Virus record (IMG/VR): IMGVR_UViG_3300019937_000005
Coordinates: 1 to 34,447 of that record
Direction: 5' to 3' (one strand)
Length of the DNA stretch: 34,447 nt
DNA from: a virus
Lineage: Duplodnaviria > Caudoviricetes
The translations under genes were made by a program, and so were the position numbers. Positions 27,209 to 34,447 of this stretch are shown piece by piece (position 1 is the stretch's first letter; each line of letters opens with the position of its first letter). Under the pieces are notes generated by a model. It ran no database searches. It was not told where the DNA came from and worked only from the letters and a program-made list of their open reading frames with translations.

Positions 27209-27577
27209 TTAAGCCAACAAGTCTCTTGAGTCCACTGCGTCGATTGCGTCATCAACTGAGCGGACGATGGCTGCAATGCCACCAGCAGATGACACAGTGC
27301 GCTGCCAATTGGCCTGTTCTGGCCGGATGCGACCGGTGGGTGTCTTGACCTCAAGGCTGGTGAAAATGGCCACGCGCTGGCCCACCATCTCGGGCGTGAT
27401 TGTCACAGTGCGGTAGCCGATCAGATCAGCGGAACCACGGGCGAGACCAAATTGCACGGGCCTGCCGGTCCGTGGATCTGGAAGGGTTCCGGTGTTATTG
27501 CGAAAGAGTCGCAAGTCTGGCCGTGTGCCGAGCGCTAGACGGATGCGCTGTTGCAGATCGGTTTCGGACGCGCCCAC
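27209..27577 (-). CDS. VRR-NUC domain nuclease
   Basis: LFRNNTG, GSADLIG, LEVKTPTGR..PEQ and GGIA.IVRSV motifs. Confidence 0.88.
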   Translation of the reverse strand: MGASETDLQQRIRLALGTRPDLRLFRNNTGTLPDPRTGRPVQFGLARGSADLIGYRTVTITPEMVGQRVAIFTSLEVKTPTGRIRPEQANWQRTVSSAGGIAAIVRSVDDAIDAVDSRDLLA

Positions 27578-27741
27578 CGCTGCACTGTGCTCGTTGAAGT
27601 GCCAAATCTATCTGCAAGTTGTTGCCACGTCATGCGGCGTTTCATGCGCTTGATGGTGACGTGCCGGGGTTCAGTGATGCGCAGCAGCAGATGCAGGGGC
27701 ATCAGCAGGATAATGAGCCCCCAGACGATGAGTTGTTGCAT
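27535..27741 (-). CDS. Small protein: hydrophobic N-terminus + HTH
   Basis: LIVWGLIILLMPLHLLL followed by TWQQLADRFGTSTSTVQRW. Confidence 0.7.
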   Translation of the reverse strand: MQQLIVWGLIILLMPLHLLLRITEPRHVTIKRMKRRMTWQQLADRFGTSTSTVQRWARPKPICNSASV

Positions 27742-27989
27742 GATTTGATGCGCAAGATTTGCGCGGGCAAGTGTTTGTTGTTTCTGAATGATTTGGGCAG
27801 TTCTACGTGATGCATCAATGGATCAAGGCTGGTTTCTGGCGTTTGCAAAGTCCACCAGCTTTTGCCGCACCAATCGCAATGACGATTGCGCAGAATCTGA
27901 CCGTCTTCTGTGTATTTGGTGTTGTAGACCCTGCTGGATTTGCTGCAGTCAGGGCAGGGCGGAGCAGGGTAGAGAGTGCGAGCGCCCAT
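27702..27989 (-). CDS. NrdR-N-like zinc-ribbon protein
   Basis: CPDC....RVYNT......LRNRHCDWCGKSWWT; start at MGARTLY. Confidence 0.75.
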   Translation of the reverse strand: MGARTLYPAPPCPDCSKSSRVYNTKYTEDGQILRNRHCDWCGKSWWTLQTPETSLDPLMHHVELPKSFRNNKHLPAQILRIKSCNNSSSGGSLSC

Positions 27990-28007
27990 GTTGTTTAGTT
28001 GTTGATT

Positions 28008-28148
28008 AAAAGCCTCTGCTGTAACCGGCCTGAGGCGCGAGCCGGGGTCCAATCGTTTTTACGGGGTAGCGGGACCATGCCCCCGGCCTGCGCGAAGCGC
28101 ACTAGCAAAGTTCCACACTCTTGCGGCTTAGAGGGGCCAGCTGCTAGC
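28008..28148 (-). ncRNA. Candidate structured ncRNA / 5' leader (~140 nt)
   Basis: Intergenic; four consecutive stems starting at the predicted TSS; ends GCCTC..GAGGC-TTTT. Confidence 0.5.
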
Positions 28149-28154
28149 CGTTTA

Positions 28155-28183
28155 ACTATACACCATCGCGGGTGCATCAGCAA
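28155..28183 (-). promoter_or_regulatory. Sigma70-like promoter
   Basis: TTGCTG-17 nt-TATAGT. Confidence 0.55.
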
Positions 28184-29541
28184 CCACCGCGTGCTTTATA
28201 AAGCCTGAACGCCCAACCGGGTGAGTAGCCACGTTCACGGGCGATGGCCTGCAGAGATTCCAACGAGCGGGCTCGGCCCACTTCACGGCGACGTTCACGG
28301 TCGGCTGCTTTGCGTTGCAGCTCCACCAACTCGCCTTCAACCTGCTCTAACTCGCGTGTTTTGATCGGGAACTCATGCCCGCAACATGGGCAGGTTGGCG
28401 CGGGCTTGAATGCGGCGTAGCAGTCAGGGCATTGCCTAACGGCTGGTGCTGGTGGGCCGTTTTTAGAGCGCTGACCTTTGCGATCTTGCAAGCTCCAATT
28501 GCGGTTATCGTCCGGGAATCCATGTTTCGCAATGTTACCAACATGGTCCAACACGATGGCGTGCGTTTTGTCTTTCGATGGCCTCAAGACCCTTCCAACT
28601 TGTTGCAGATAAAGCGCTTCTGACATGGTGCGCCGTAGAAGAATGGCGCAACTTGCATCTGGGCAATCAAACCCTTCTGAAACAACATCAACAGTGGCAA
28701 GCACTTGCACCTTGCCGGCGGCAAAATTTGCAACCAATTTGTCGCGCTGAGTTGTTGGCGTGGTTCCAAGTAACGTCTGAGCGCTGATGCCTGCATCGCG
28801 AAATGAAGCTGCAACCGATTCGGCGTGTTTGGTGTCGCAGCAAAAAGCAATGGCTTTGTACCCGTCAGCCTTGTCGAGATAGTGACCGATCACATCGCCT
28901 GTGATGGTGGGTTTATTCATTCGTTCGGATAGCTTGCTGGCCGGGTAATCACCAGCAACGATGCGAATTTTGCTGAAGTCTGCTTTGATTGGCGGCGCAA
29001 ATAATTTGGCCTGACACAGGTGGCCATGATCTGTCAGCTCTTCAACGGAAGGACCACAAATAAGCGTGTCAAAAGCGTGTTTAAGGCCGCGGCCATCAAG
29101 GCGGCATGGCGTGGCGGTCACACCGATACGAAATGCCTTTGGCCAAGTATCAAACACTAAGCGATAGCTAGCGGCCAGGCTGTGGTGGGCCTCGTCGACA
29201 ATGATGAGTGACGGCTCCCACGGGATCGACCGCAGCCGTCTGACAAGGGTTTGCACTGATGCGATCTGCACCGCTTGGTTTGACGTGGGATAACCGGCGG
29301 CAATAAATCCATGCGGCACGTCAAGGGCTAACAGCTTGCGCGAGGCTTGATCAATTAGCTCGCGGCGATGCACCAAGATCAGTGCGCGGTGGCCTTTGTC
29401 GCGACAGGCAGCAGTGATTTGGGAAAAGATCACAGTTTTGCCAGCTCCGGTTGGGAGCTGTAGGAGCACAGACCGCGCGCCATCAACTAAGGCTTGACGC
29501 ACATCGTCGATGGCTTGTAGTTGATATGGCCTGAGTTGCAT
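28177..29541 (-). CDS. SF2 (DEAH-box) helicase with C-terminal zinc finger
   Basis: LPTGAGKT, IVDEAHH, TATP, SEGFD and QQVGRVLR motifs; CPDC...CPCC. Confidence 0.93.
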   Translation of the reverse strand: MQLRPYQLQAIDDVRQALVDGARSVLLQLPTGAGKTVIFSQITAACRDKGHRALILVHRRELIDQASRKLLALDVPHGFIAAGYPTSNQAVQIASVQTLVRRLRSIPWEPSLIIVDEAHHSLAASYRLVFDTWPKAFRIGVTATPCRLDGRGLKHAFDTLICGPSVEELTDHGHLCQAKLFAPPIKADFSKIRIVAGDYPASKLSERMNKPTITGDVIGHYLDKADGYKAIAFCCDTKHAESVAASFRDAGISAQTLLGTTPTTQRDKLVANFAAGKVQVLATVDVVSEGFDCPDASCAILLRRTMSEALYLQQVGRVLRPSKDKTHAIVLDHVGNIAKHGFPDDNRNWSLQDRKGQRSKNGPPAPAVRQCPDCYAAFKPAPTCPCCGHEFPIKTRELEQVEGELVELQRKAADRERRREVGRARSLESLQAIARERGYSPGWAFRLYKARGGC

Positions 29542-29545
29542 GACG

Positions 29546-29574
29546 TTGCAGGTTGTGTGCGGAGGCTATAGGCT
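29546..29574 (+). promoter_or_regulatory. Sigma70-like promoter of rightward early operon
   Basis: TTGCAG-17 nt-TAGGCT in the 54-bp divergent gap. Confidence 0.5.
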
Positions 29575-29595
29575 GCGGCTGCCAAACGCAAGGCT

Positions 29596-30444
29596 ATGGA
29601 AAACGAGACGTATCAACAGCATCCGGCGATTAGCAAAAGCCATCTAGATCTGATCGCTCGCAGTCCGCTGCATTATTGGGCGCGTTACATCGACCCAGAC
29701 CGCACGACACCAGAGCCAACTGCATCAATGGCGATTGGTTCAGCTGTTCACACCCATGTCCTAGAGCTGGACCAATGGGACGCGCGTTATGCCGTGGCAC
29801 CGGAAGGCATCAACCGCCGCACTACAGCAGGAAAAGAGGAGTGGCACGTTTTCACAACAGCAGCGCAAGGCCGCACGGTGCTGAAGCGTGAGGATGCAGA
29901 GCAGGTCATGGCTATGGGCCGCTCAGTGCTTGGGCATCGCAGCGCTGCCGCATTGCTTGCAGCAAACGGCCAGCCGGAAGACACCTTTATGTGGACCGAT
30001 GAGGCCACAGGTCTGCAGTGCAAGTGCCGGCCGGATTACATGCACGCCGATGGCAGCACCATCGTGGACCTCAAGACGACACGCGACGCCAGCCCGCGTG
30101 GTTTCCGTTATTCGGTAATCCAATACCGCTACCACGTCCAAGCGGCTTGGTATCTGCACGGGGTGGAGCAGGCCACGGGCAAGCGGCCTGAGCGTTTTGT
30201 GTTTGTCGCGGTTGAGTCAACGGCGCCTTATGCGTGCGCGGTTTACGAGGCCAGCGCTGAGATGATTGAAGCCGGAATGATCAAGGCCCGCGAGGATTTG
30301 GCCCTGCTGGCTGAATGCAAGATGCGCAACCACTGGCCGAGCTACAGCGACGACATCCAAAAGCTCACTCTGCCGCCTTGGATGCTGCCAGGTGCCGGCA
30401 CTGGTGAGCCTGTGACGATGCCCGACAACATTGAGGGGTTTTGA
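29596..30444 (+). CDS. RecE/exonuclease VIII-like PD-(D/E)XK nuclease (DUF3799-like)
   Basis: ISKSHLD, GSAVH..VLE, KCRPD, IVDLKTT and YHVQAAWY motifs. Confidence 0.9.
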   Translation: MENETYQQHPAISKSHLDLIARSPLHYWARYIDPDRTTPEPTASMAIGSAVHTHVLELDQWDARYAVAPEGINRRTTAGKEEWHVFTTAAQGRTVLKREDAEQVMAMGRSVLGHRSAAALLAANGQPEDTFMWTDEATGLQCKCRPDYMHADGSTIVDLKTTRDASPRGFRYSVIQYRYHVQAAWYLHGVEQATGKRPERFVFVAVESTAPYACAVYEASAEMIEAGMIKAREDLALLAECKMRNHWPSYSDDIQKLTLPPWMLPGAGTGEPVTMPDNIEGF

Positions 30445-30992
30445 TGACTAAACCCAAGCCGCTACCGCCAATAGATGAATTGAGAAAAAGACTTGCCTAC
30501 AGGTCAGATGGCGTATTGATTTGGAAGCGGCCCGCAGCCAGCCGAGCAAAGCCAGGCAATAAGGCGGGTAATCTTAACAGTAAGGGTTATTTGCAACTAA
30601 AATTTAATGGTCGGTCGCTTTCATGCCATAGAATTGTCTGGGCAATTCTAAAGCGAGAAGACCCACAAAAATTTCCTTTGGATCACATAAACGGAGACAG
30701 GCTAGACAATAGAATTGAAAACCTGCGAAAAGTAACTAACCGCCAAAACCAATGGAACCAAAAAGGCGCTAAAGGATATTGTTTCGACAAGCATAAAAAA
30801 AAGTGGAAAGCTGCAATAGCCCTGAATGGCAAGACAAAAAATTTAGGACATTTCGACACCAAAGAACTAGCCCGCGAGGCATACTTACGGGCCAAAGAAA
30901 AATTACATGGCGAATTTATGCCAACTGATATGAAACATGAACTAGGCCAAATCGACGGCCCCACCTCGCAACTCAAGATTTTCGATGACTGA
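30444..30992 (+). CDS. HNH + AP2 homing-endonuclease-like protein
   Basis: HRIVW...DHINGDRLDNRIENLR; KWKAAI...KNLGHFDT.E.A..AY; A-rich compared with its flanks. Confidence 0.9.
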   Translation: MTKPKPLPPIDELRKRLAYRSDGVLIWKRPAASRAKPGNKAGNLNSKGYLQLKFNGRSLSCHRIVWAILKREDPQKFPLDHINGDRLDNRIENLRKVTNRQNQWNQKGAKGYCFDKHKKKWKAAIALNGKTKNLGHFDTKELAREAYLRAKEKLHGEFMPTDMKHELGQIDGPTSQLKIFDD

Positions 30993-31608
30993 CTCAGCAC
31001 TAACAACAACCCGCCCCGGCTCGATCTATGCGGGCATGGAAGCATTCGACAATGCGCAACGCATCGCCAAGTCACTGGCTAGCAGCACGCTTGTGCCGCC
31101 ACAGTTTCAAGGGCAGCAGGGATATGCGAACTGCCTTGTGGCGCTTGAGATTGCAGGTCGGATGAACCTGAGCCCACTGCAGGTGATGCAAAACCTGCAC
31201 ATCATCCACGGGCGGCCGTCATGGTCCAGCCAATTCATCATTGGCCTGATCAACGGTTGCGGTCGGTTTGAGCCGTTGCAGTATCGCGTGACGGGCAAGG
31301 GCGACGATCTGGCGTGTCAGTGCGTTGCAAAGGAAATTAGCACTGGCGCAGAGCTGGAAGGCCCAACGGTGACGATGGCGATGGCCAAGGCTGAGGGCTG
31401 GGCCACTAAGTCGGGCAGCAAGTGGCGCACCATGCCGGATCTGATGATTCGTTACCGGGCCGCGGCTATGTGGGGCCGGCTGTATATCCCAGACATGCTG
31501 ATTGGCATCAGCTACAGCCAAGAGGAAGTGATGGACATTGAGCCAATCACGGTGGAAGATGCACCACAGCCGGAGCCAGCGCCAGAGCCAGCTAATGAAC
31601 TCTTCTGA
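30985..31608 (+). CDS. RecT-like ssDNA annealing protein
   Basis: LVP.QFQG...NCLVALE, VMQNL.II.GRPSW and W..MP.LM.RYRA motifs; near RecE. Confidence 0.75.
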   Translation: MTDSALTTTRPGSIYAGMEAFDNAQRIAKSLASSTLVPPQFQGQQGYANCLVALEIAGRMNLSPLQVMQNLHIIHGRPSWSSQFIIGLINGCGRFEPLQYRVTGKGDDLACQCVAKEISTGAELEGPTVTMAMAKAEGWATKSGSKWRTMPDLMIRYRAAAMWGRLYIPDMLIGISYSQEEVMDIEPITVEDAPQPEPAPEPANELF

Positions 31609-31786
31609 TTTCTTGACTGACCTGCAGCTTGCCGAACGTTGGCAGCTGCACCGGCAAACGCTCATTCGTTGGCGTCGAGCTGGTTGCGGCCCTGACTTTA
31701 TGCGGGTTCAGGGCCGCGTGCTCTATCCATTGGCCGCGGTGGAGCAATACGAAAAGGCCAACACCACAACCCTTGGGGGCAAATGA
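31595..31786 (+). CDS. Excisionase/AlpA-like HTH protein
   Basis: LT..QLAERW.L...TL.RWR..G.GP.F......VLY. Confidence 0.85.
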   Translation: MNSSDFLTDLQLAERWQLHRQTLIRWRRAGCGPDFMRVQGRVLYPLAAVEQYEKANTTTLGGK

Positions 31787-32196
31787 ATTTCAAGTTCAAT
31801 GGCAATGTTTTCAAAAACACCGCAGAGGATCATCAGCGGATCTACGGCGAAAATTATGATCCTGGTAAAAATTACCCAGGGTTCACAGGCACCATTGAGA
31901 TCCCGAAAAGTCAGCTGCAAGAATTTGTCGCTTATTTGCACTACGCCTGCCAGACCCAACTGAAGCGCAGTGACTATTTGAACGATGACGTTGTGCCAGT
32001 CAAGATGAGCGGATGGGCCAAGACTTCTGAAACGACTGGCAAAACTTATTTAGGGCTCAGTTTTGAGCCTGATTACAAAACCAAAATGGCCGCAGAGCAA
32101 GCCCAGCAAGCTGAGGCCGCTAAGGCTGCTCCCGCTCCTGTGGATCAGGCGGCTGAATCGCTCGCCAAGGCGACTGGCGGTGACGTGCTGTTTTAA
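31783..32196 (+). CDS. Putative ssDNA-binding-like protein
   Basis: YPGFTGTIEI...MSGW..TS..GKTYLGLSF with low-complexity tail ending DVLF; position in the recombination operon. Confidence 0.55.
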   Translation: MNFKFNGNVFKNTAEDHQRIYGENYDPGKNYPGFTGTIEIPKSQLQEFVAYLHYACQTQLKRSDYLNDDVVPVKMSGWAKTSETTGKTYLGLSFEPDYKTKMAAEQAQQAEAAKAAPAPVDQAAESLAKATGGDVLF

Positions 32197-32390
32197 GGCA
32201 GTTGCGATTCGAGCCGTGCAATCTCATGCACGGCTTTATTTAGCAAATGCTGCAGGGTGTAATTTTGCCGAAGCAAGATGGCCGCAAGTGTTCCGGCCTC
32301 AGGATGCGTTCCGATTCGCCGGCATTCTTGCTCGATCTCAAATTTTTGCTCAATCGGCACGTCAAAATCCATCCAATCACCTAGACCCAT
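32193..32390 (-). CDS. Small helical protein, candidate NblA-like
   Basis: 65 aa; PIEQKFEIE...LLRQ pattern; opposite orientation to its neighbours. Confidence 0.55.
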   Translation of the reverse strand: MGLGDWMDFDVPIEQKFEIEQECRRIGTHPEAGTLAAILLRQNYTLQHLLNKAVHEIARLESQLP

Positions 32391-32420
32391 GACGATGCTG
32401 CGTTTCCCTATTTTGTCGCG

Positions 32421-32648
32421 ATGAAATGCCCCAATTGCAACAGCAGCAAGTTGCGCGCACTTGATACCAACAACAGACCGGAAGACTATGCAGTAAGGCG
32501 ACGCGGCTGCGCGGAATGCCAACACACTTGGTTCACTGTTGAGATCATTGCGCCGGTTTGGGCTTGCAGTTGGGATAATCCTGCAAAGCAAGGCAGCAAA
32601 CCATGCCTGAAGGTTCCGGTGGTCAAGCTATGGGAAGAACCGACCTAA
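32421..32648 (+). CDS. NrdR-N-like zinc-ribbon protein
   Basis: MKCPNC......ALDT......VRRRGCAECQHTWFTVE. Confidence 0.8.
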   Translation: MKCPNCNSSKLRALDTNNRPEDYAVRRRGCAECQHTWFTVEIIAPVWACSWDNPAKQGSKPCLKVPVVKLWEEPT

Positions 32649-32770
32649 TTGCGGCGTTTTTGCTTTCTGCGTCGTTGGGTTTAACTGTTGGCTTCCAGTT
32701 AATGCCGTTGCCGCAACGCACAAATGTTTGGCAGGGGGAACCGGCTCACGCGCCTGCATCCCCTTGGTAA
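32630..32770 (+). CDS. Small single-TM peptide (46 aa, MGRTDLIAAFLLSASLGLTVGFQLMPLP...)
   Basis: Hand-translated; overlaps the upstream gene end. Confidence 0.5.
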   Translation: MGRTDLIAAFLLSASLGLTVGFQLMPLPQRTNVWQGEPAHAPASPW

Positions 32771-32821
32771 CCCGGCACCCTGCCGTTAGCCGGAACGATC
32801 GACACATCCAAAAGGTGTATC
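32730..32821 (-). ncRNA. Candidate antisense structured small RNA (~92 nt or longer)
   Basis: Extended -10 TG-C-TAGCTT at 32836-32828; hairpin begins 7 nt later; further stems and a crossing 7-bp pairing. Confidence 0.45.
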
Positions 32822-32852
32822 AAGAGCAAGCTAGCAATCACGGCCGGCAGAC

Positions 32853-32870
32853 GTTGTTACTGATTACAAC
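32853..32870. promoter_or_regulatory. Operator-like palindrome GTTGT-N8-ACAAC
   Basis: Intergenic inverted repeat between the sRNA promoter and the next rightward genes. Confidence 0.35.
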
Positions 32871-32929
32871 AGCCCACTAGCAGCACCGCAGAAGGTGCAT
32901 CATGATGCCGCTGTTCGCCACTCACACCC

Positions 32930-33049
32930 ATGCGACACAAACTTGCAAACGCCGCTCTGTTCCTGATTCCTGTTGTTGTTTTTGCAGCGGTAATTTATGA
33001 CCATGGCGTTCAAGCTCATCACGGGCCCAGCGCAGTTGTTTGCAAATGA
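32930..33049 (+). CDS. Small single-TM protein (39 aa, MRHKLANAALFLIPVVVFAAVIYDHG...)
   Basis: Hand-translated; ATGA-coupled to the next ORF. Confidence 0.6.
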   Translation: MRHKLANAALFLIPVVVFAAVIYDHGVQAHHGPSAVVCK

Positions 33050-33216
33050 ATCGTTACTATTTTCAGATCAAAGATGCAAACGTCATAGAGTGCATCAAAG
33101 CAAAAACATTTGACGAAGCAAAGGCCATAGCGTTTGAAGACTGGGCACCAGTTTGGAATCGCGTAGAATGGCTCACACCACAGGCTCACACTGCAATCAC
33201 ATTGCCTAATGTCTAA
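33046..33216 (+). CDS. Small hypothetical protein (56 aa, MNRYYFQIKDANVIECIKAKTFDEAK...)
   Basis: Hand-translated; overlaps neighbours on both sides. Confidence 0.7.
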   Translation: MNRYYFQIKDANVIECIKAKTFDEAKAIAFEDWAPVWNRVEWLTPQAHTAITLPNV

Positions 33217-33463
33217 TTTTGAAGCCGTGCCATTTCAATGGCAAGATGATTCGCCCGCTAGTCAATTTGGGGATGGCGTCTCGCACGCGGTTCCTGGCAA
33301 GCGCACAAAAAAATACAAGCTTAAAGTTCACATGGCAGCAAGCCAACCAATGACCGTAATTCTTGACGCTGAAAGCAAAACAGCGGCAGTCAAATATGCA
33401 CAAAACCGCTGGCCAACTGCAACAATCAAGTATCAAGATGTCATCCAGAGAACGGCTGCATAG
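33209..33463 (+). CDS. Hypothetical protein
   Basis: ORF track; AES...A.KYAQNRWP motif; tight operon packing. Confidence 0.7.
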   Translation: MSNFEAVPFQWQDDSPASQFGDGVSHAVPGKRTKKYKLKVHMAASQPMTVILDAESKTAAVKYAQNRWPTATIKYQDVIQRTAA

Positions 33464-33617
33464 CCTGATAAATGATGTTGCTGGCACGCAAATTGAGCGC
33501 CAGCGCATCAATGGTCTAATTCGCGCCAGACTGCAGGAGCTACAAGGCGCACCACTCGCGCGTGAGCGCTCCCTTGAATTGCAACTTTTACTCAATCGAA
33601 TCAATGAAACCAATTGA
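33438..33617 (+). CDS. Hypothetical helical protein (start MSSRERL)
   Basis: Operon packing. Confidence 0.6.
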   Translation: MSSRERLHSLINDVAGTQIERQRINGLIRARLQELQGAPLARERSLELQLLLNRINETN

Positions 33618-33780
33618 AGCCGTCCAACTTGATCAGCGTCGTGCTGATGTCATAGAAGCGCTTTACATTCGCAGCGGTCGCACCAATGGGTTGTATCGCG
33701 GACTTTGGCAAGAATATTGCCTAGAGCTTGGCAGCAAGTTGCGTGATCACGGTTTCATGCAAGGGCTTGGTCATGACTGA
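33604..33780 (+). CDS. Hypothetical protein (SGRTNGLY.GLWQE motif; start MKPIEAV)
   Basis: Operon packing; motif recalled from cyanophages. Confidence 0.7.
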   Translation: MKPIEAVQLDQRRADVIEALYIRSGRTNGLYRGLWQEYCLELGSKLRDHGFMQGLGHD

Positions 33781-33985
33781 TCAAGTCAACAACCCTGAGC
33801 ACTACAGCGGCAAAGTCGAGTGCATCGACGCAATTGAATCAGCATTAACCCCGGAAGAATTCCGGGGTTTTTGCAAAGGCAACATCATTAAGTACATTTT
33901 CCGCGAACGGTTGAAAGGCGGCGATGAGTCGCTAGAGAAAGGCCAGTGGTACTTAAACCGCTTGTTGGAAGGTGTGAAACCATGA
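33773..33985 (+). CDS. DUF3310-family protein
   Basis: DQVNNPEHY...VECIDAI...GFCKGNIIKY..R...KGG.ESLEK..WYL. Confidence 0.9.
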   Translation: MTDQVNNPEHYSGKVECIDAIESALTPEEFRGFCKGNIIKYIFRERLKGGDESLEKGQWYLNRLLEGVKP

Positions 33986-34179
33986 AACTGCCATTTTTGA
34001 CCAAGCTGGAAAATTGGGCATTACGGTTGTTGGTCAAAAGTCCTCGTGTCGGTTTGGTTGTCGTAAAACAGATGGATGGTCCATTGGTATTTATCGCCAG
34101 CGACCCAATGGATGATCACCCACTAGATGAGCATGGTGAACAGGTTGAGCAGCTTGAACGCATCTGGCGGCAATCATGA
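33982..34179 (+). CDS. Hypothetical protein (start MKLPFLT)
   Basis: ATGA overlaps on both sides. Confidence 0.65.
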   Translation: MKLPFLTKLENWALRLLVKSPRVGLVVVKQMDGPLVFIASDPMDDHPLDEHGEQVEQLERIWRQS

Positions 34180-34447
34180 TCTCTTTGTATGGCGGGCGGT
34201 TAAAGCTTGAAATGCACAGCGATGCCCATCAATGGGTCGCGCATGTAATCGTTGGCCCTAAACAGGAGCACAAAACCTCAAAACTCTTGGAGACAAAACA
34301 CCTTTACACAGCGCAGCAGCGTGCAATTGGGTTTTACCGCCAGTTCAAAGCAGAACATTTGCCCGATCGCTTGACGTGCTGGACATGCAAGCAATGGTCA
34401 CCAAAAACCAACCGATGCCAAGTGGGCGTGCCTGAATGCCGCCAAAC
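34157..34447 (+). repeat. Terminal direct repeat, copy 2 (contains truncated copy of ORF 20-343 from 34176)
   Basis: See copy 1. Confidence 0.97.

Larger units (their letters stand above)
1..34447. mobile_element. Near-complete or complete tailed phage genome (siphovirus-type), probably a picocyanobacterial phage
   Basis: Full head, tail, lysis and replication modules with no host housekeeping genes; ends overlap. Host is inferred from recalled cyanophage small-gene families. Confidence 0.93.

Noticed and set aside
28003-28030. GCCGGTTACA/GCAGAG/TTAAT fragments resembling twister ribozyme pieces
   Set aside because: The AAGCCC strand and the required pseudoknot pairings are missing.
28040-28088. 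Minus-strand GGCCGGGGGCATGGTCCCGC resembles the 5' end of the HDV ribozyme
   Set aside because: The partner strands occur in nested order (GGACC before CCGGC), not the HDV double-pseudoknot order, and no downstream P2' or J4/2 is present.
32391-32591. N-terminal extension of listed ORF 32193-32591
   Set aside because: Lies antisense to the zinc-ribbon gene; the plausible start is ATG 32390.
32853-32870. Possible NtcA box
   Set aside because: Reads GTA-N6-AAC, not GTA-N8-TAC; kept only as a generic palindrome.
1-34447. Alternative genetic code, CRISPR array, tRNA genes
   Set aside because: Genes tile both arms under code 11 using all three stop codons; no repeat-spacer array or cloverleaf noticed by eye (tRNAscan not run).

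Overview
The window is an apparently complete ~34.2-kb circular siphovirus genome. A 291-bp terminal overlap (1-291 = 34157-34447) closes it. Gene content resembles picocyanobacterial siphoviruses of the S-CBS type; this is recalled family resemblance, not a search result. The minus strand (~24.9 kb down to ~0.4 kb) carries a cos-like site, lambda-type TerS/TerL/gpW/portal, a fused prohead protease-major capsid protein, neck and tail genes, tape measure, tail tip, fibres, a lysis module with a GH19 endolysin, dCTP deaminase and an HNH protein. The 25.1-29.5 kb region (minus) holds primase-helicase, VRR-NUC and an SF2 helicase. The 29.6-34.4 kb region (plus) holds RecE/RecT-like genes interrupted by an HNH-AP2 gene, plus many small ORFs. 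I recognised no integrase, CI-like repressor, DNA polymerase, tRNA or CRISPR array. Most interesting: (1) a second, well-formed -1 frameshift signal in a holin-like gene, besides the usual tail-chaperone one; (2) two promoter-preceded structured ncRNA candidates that are partly complementary to each other; (3) a candidate NblA-like gene; (4) a three-times repeated pairing of a C-terminal DGG-like peptide with an Mtd_N-like domain in the next gene; (5) a 1-bp frame break in the tail-tip gene. All product calls come from motif recognition and synteny by eye.
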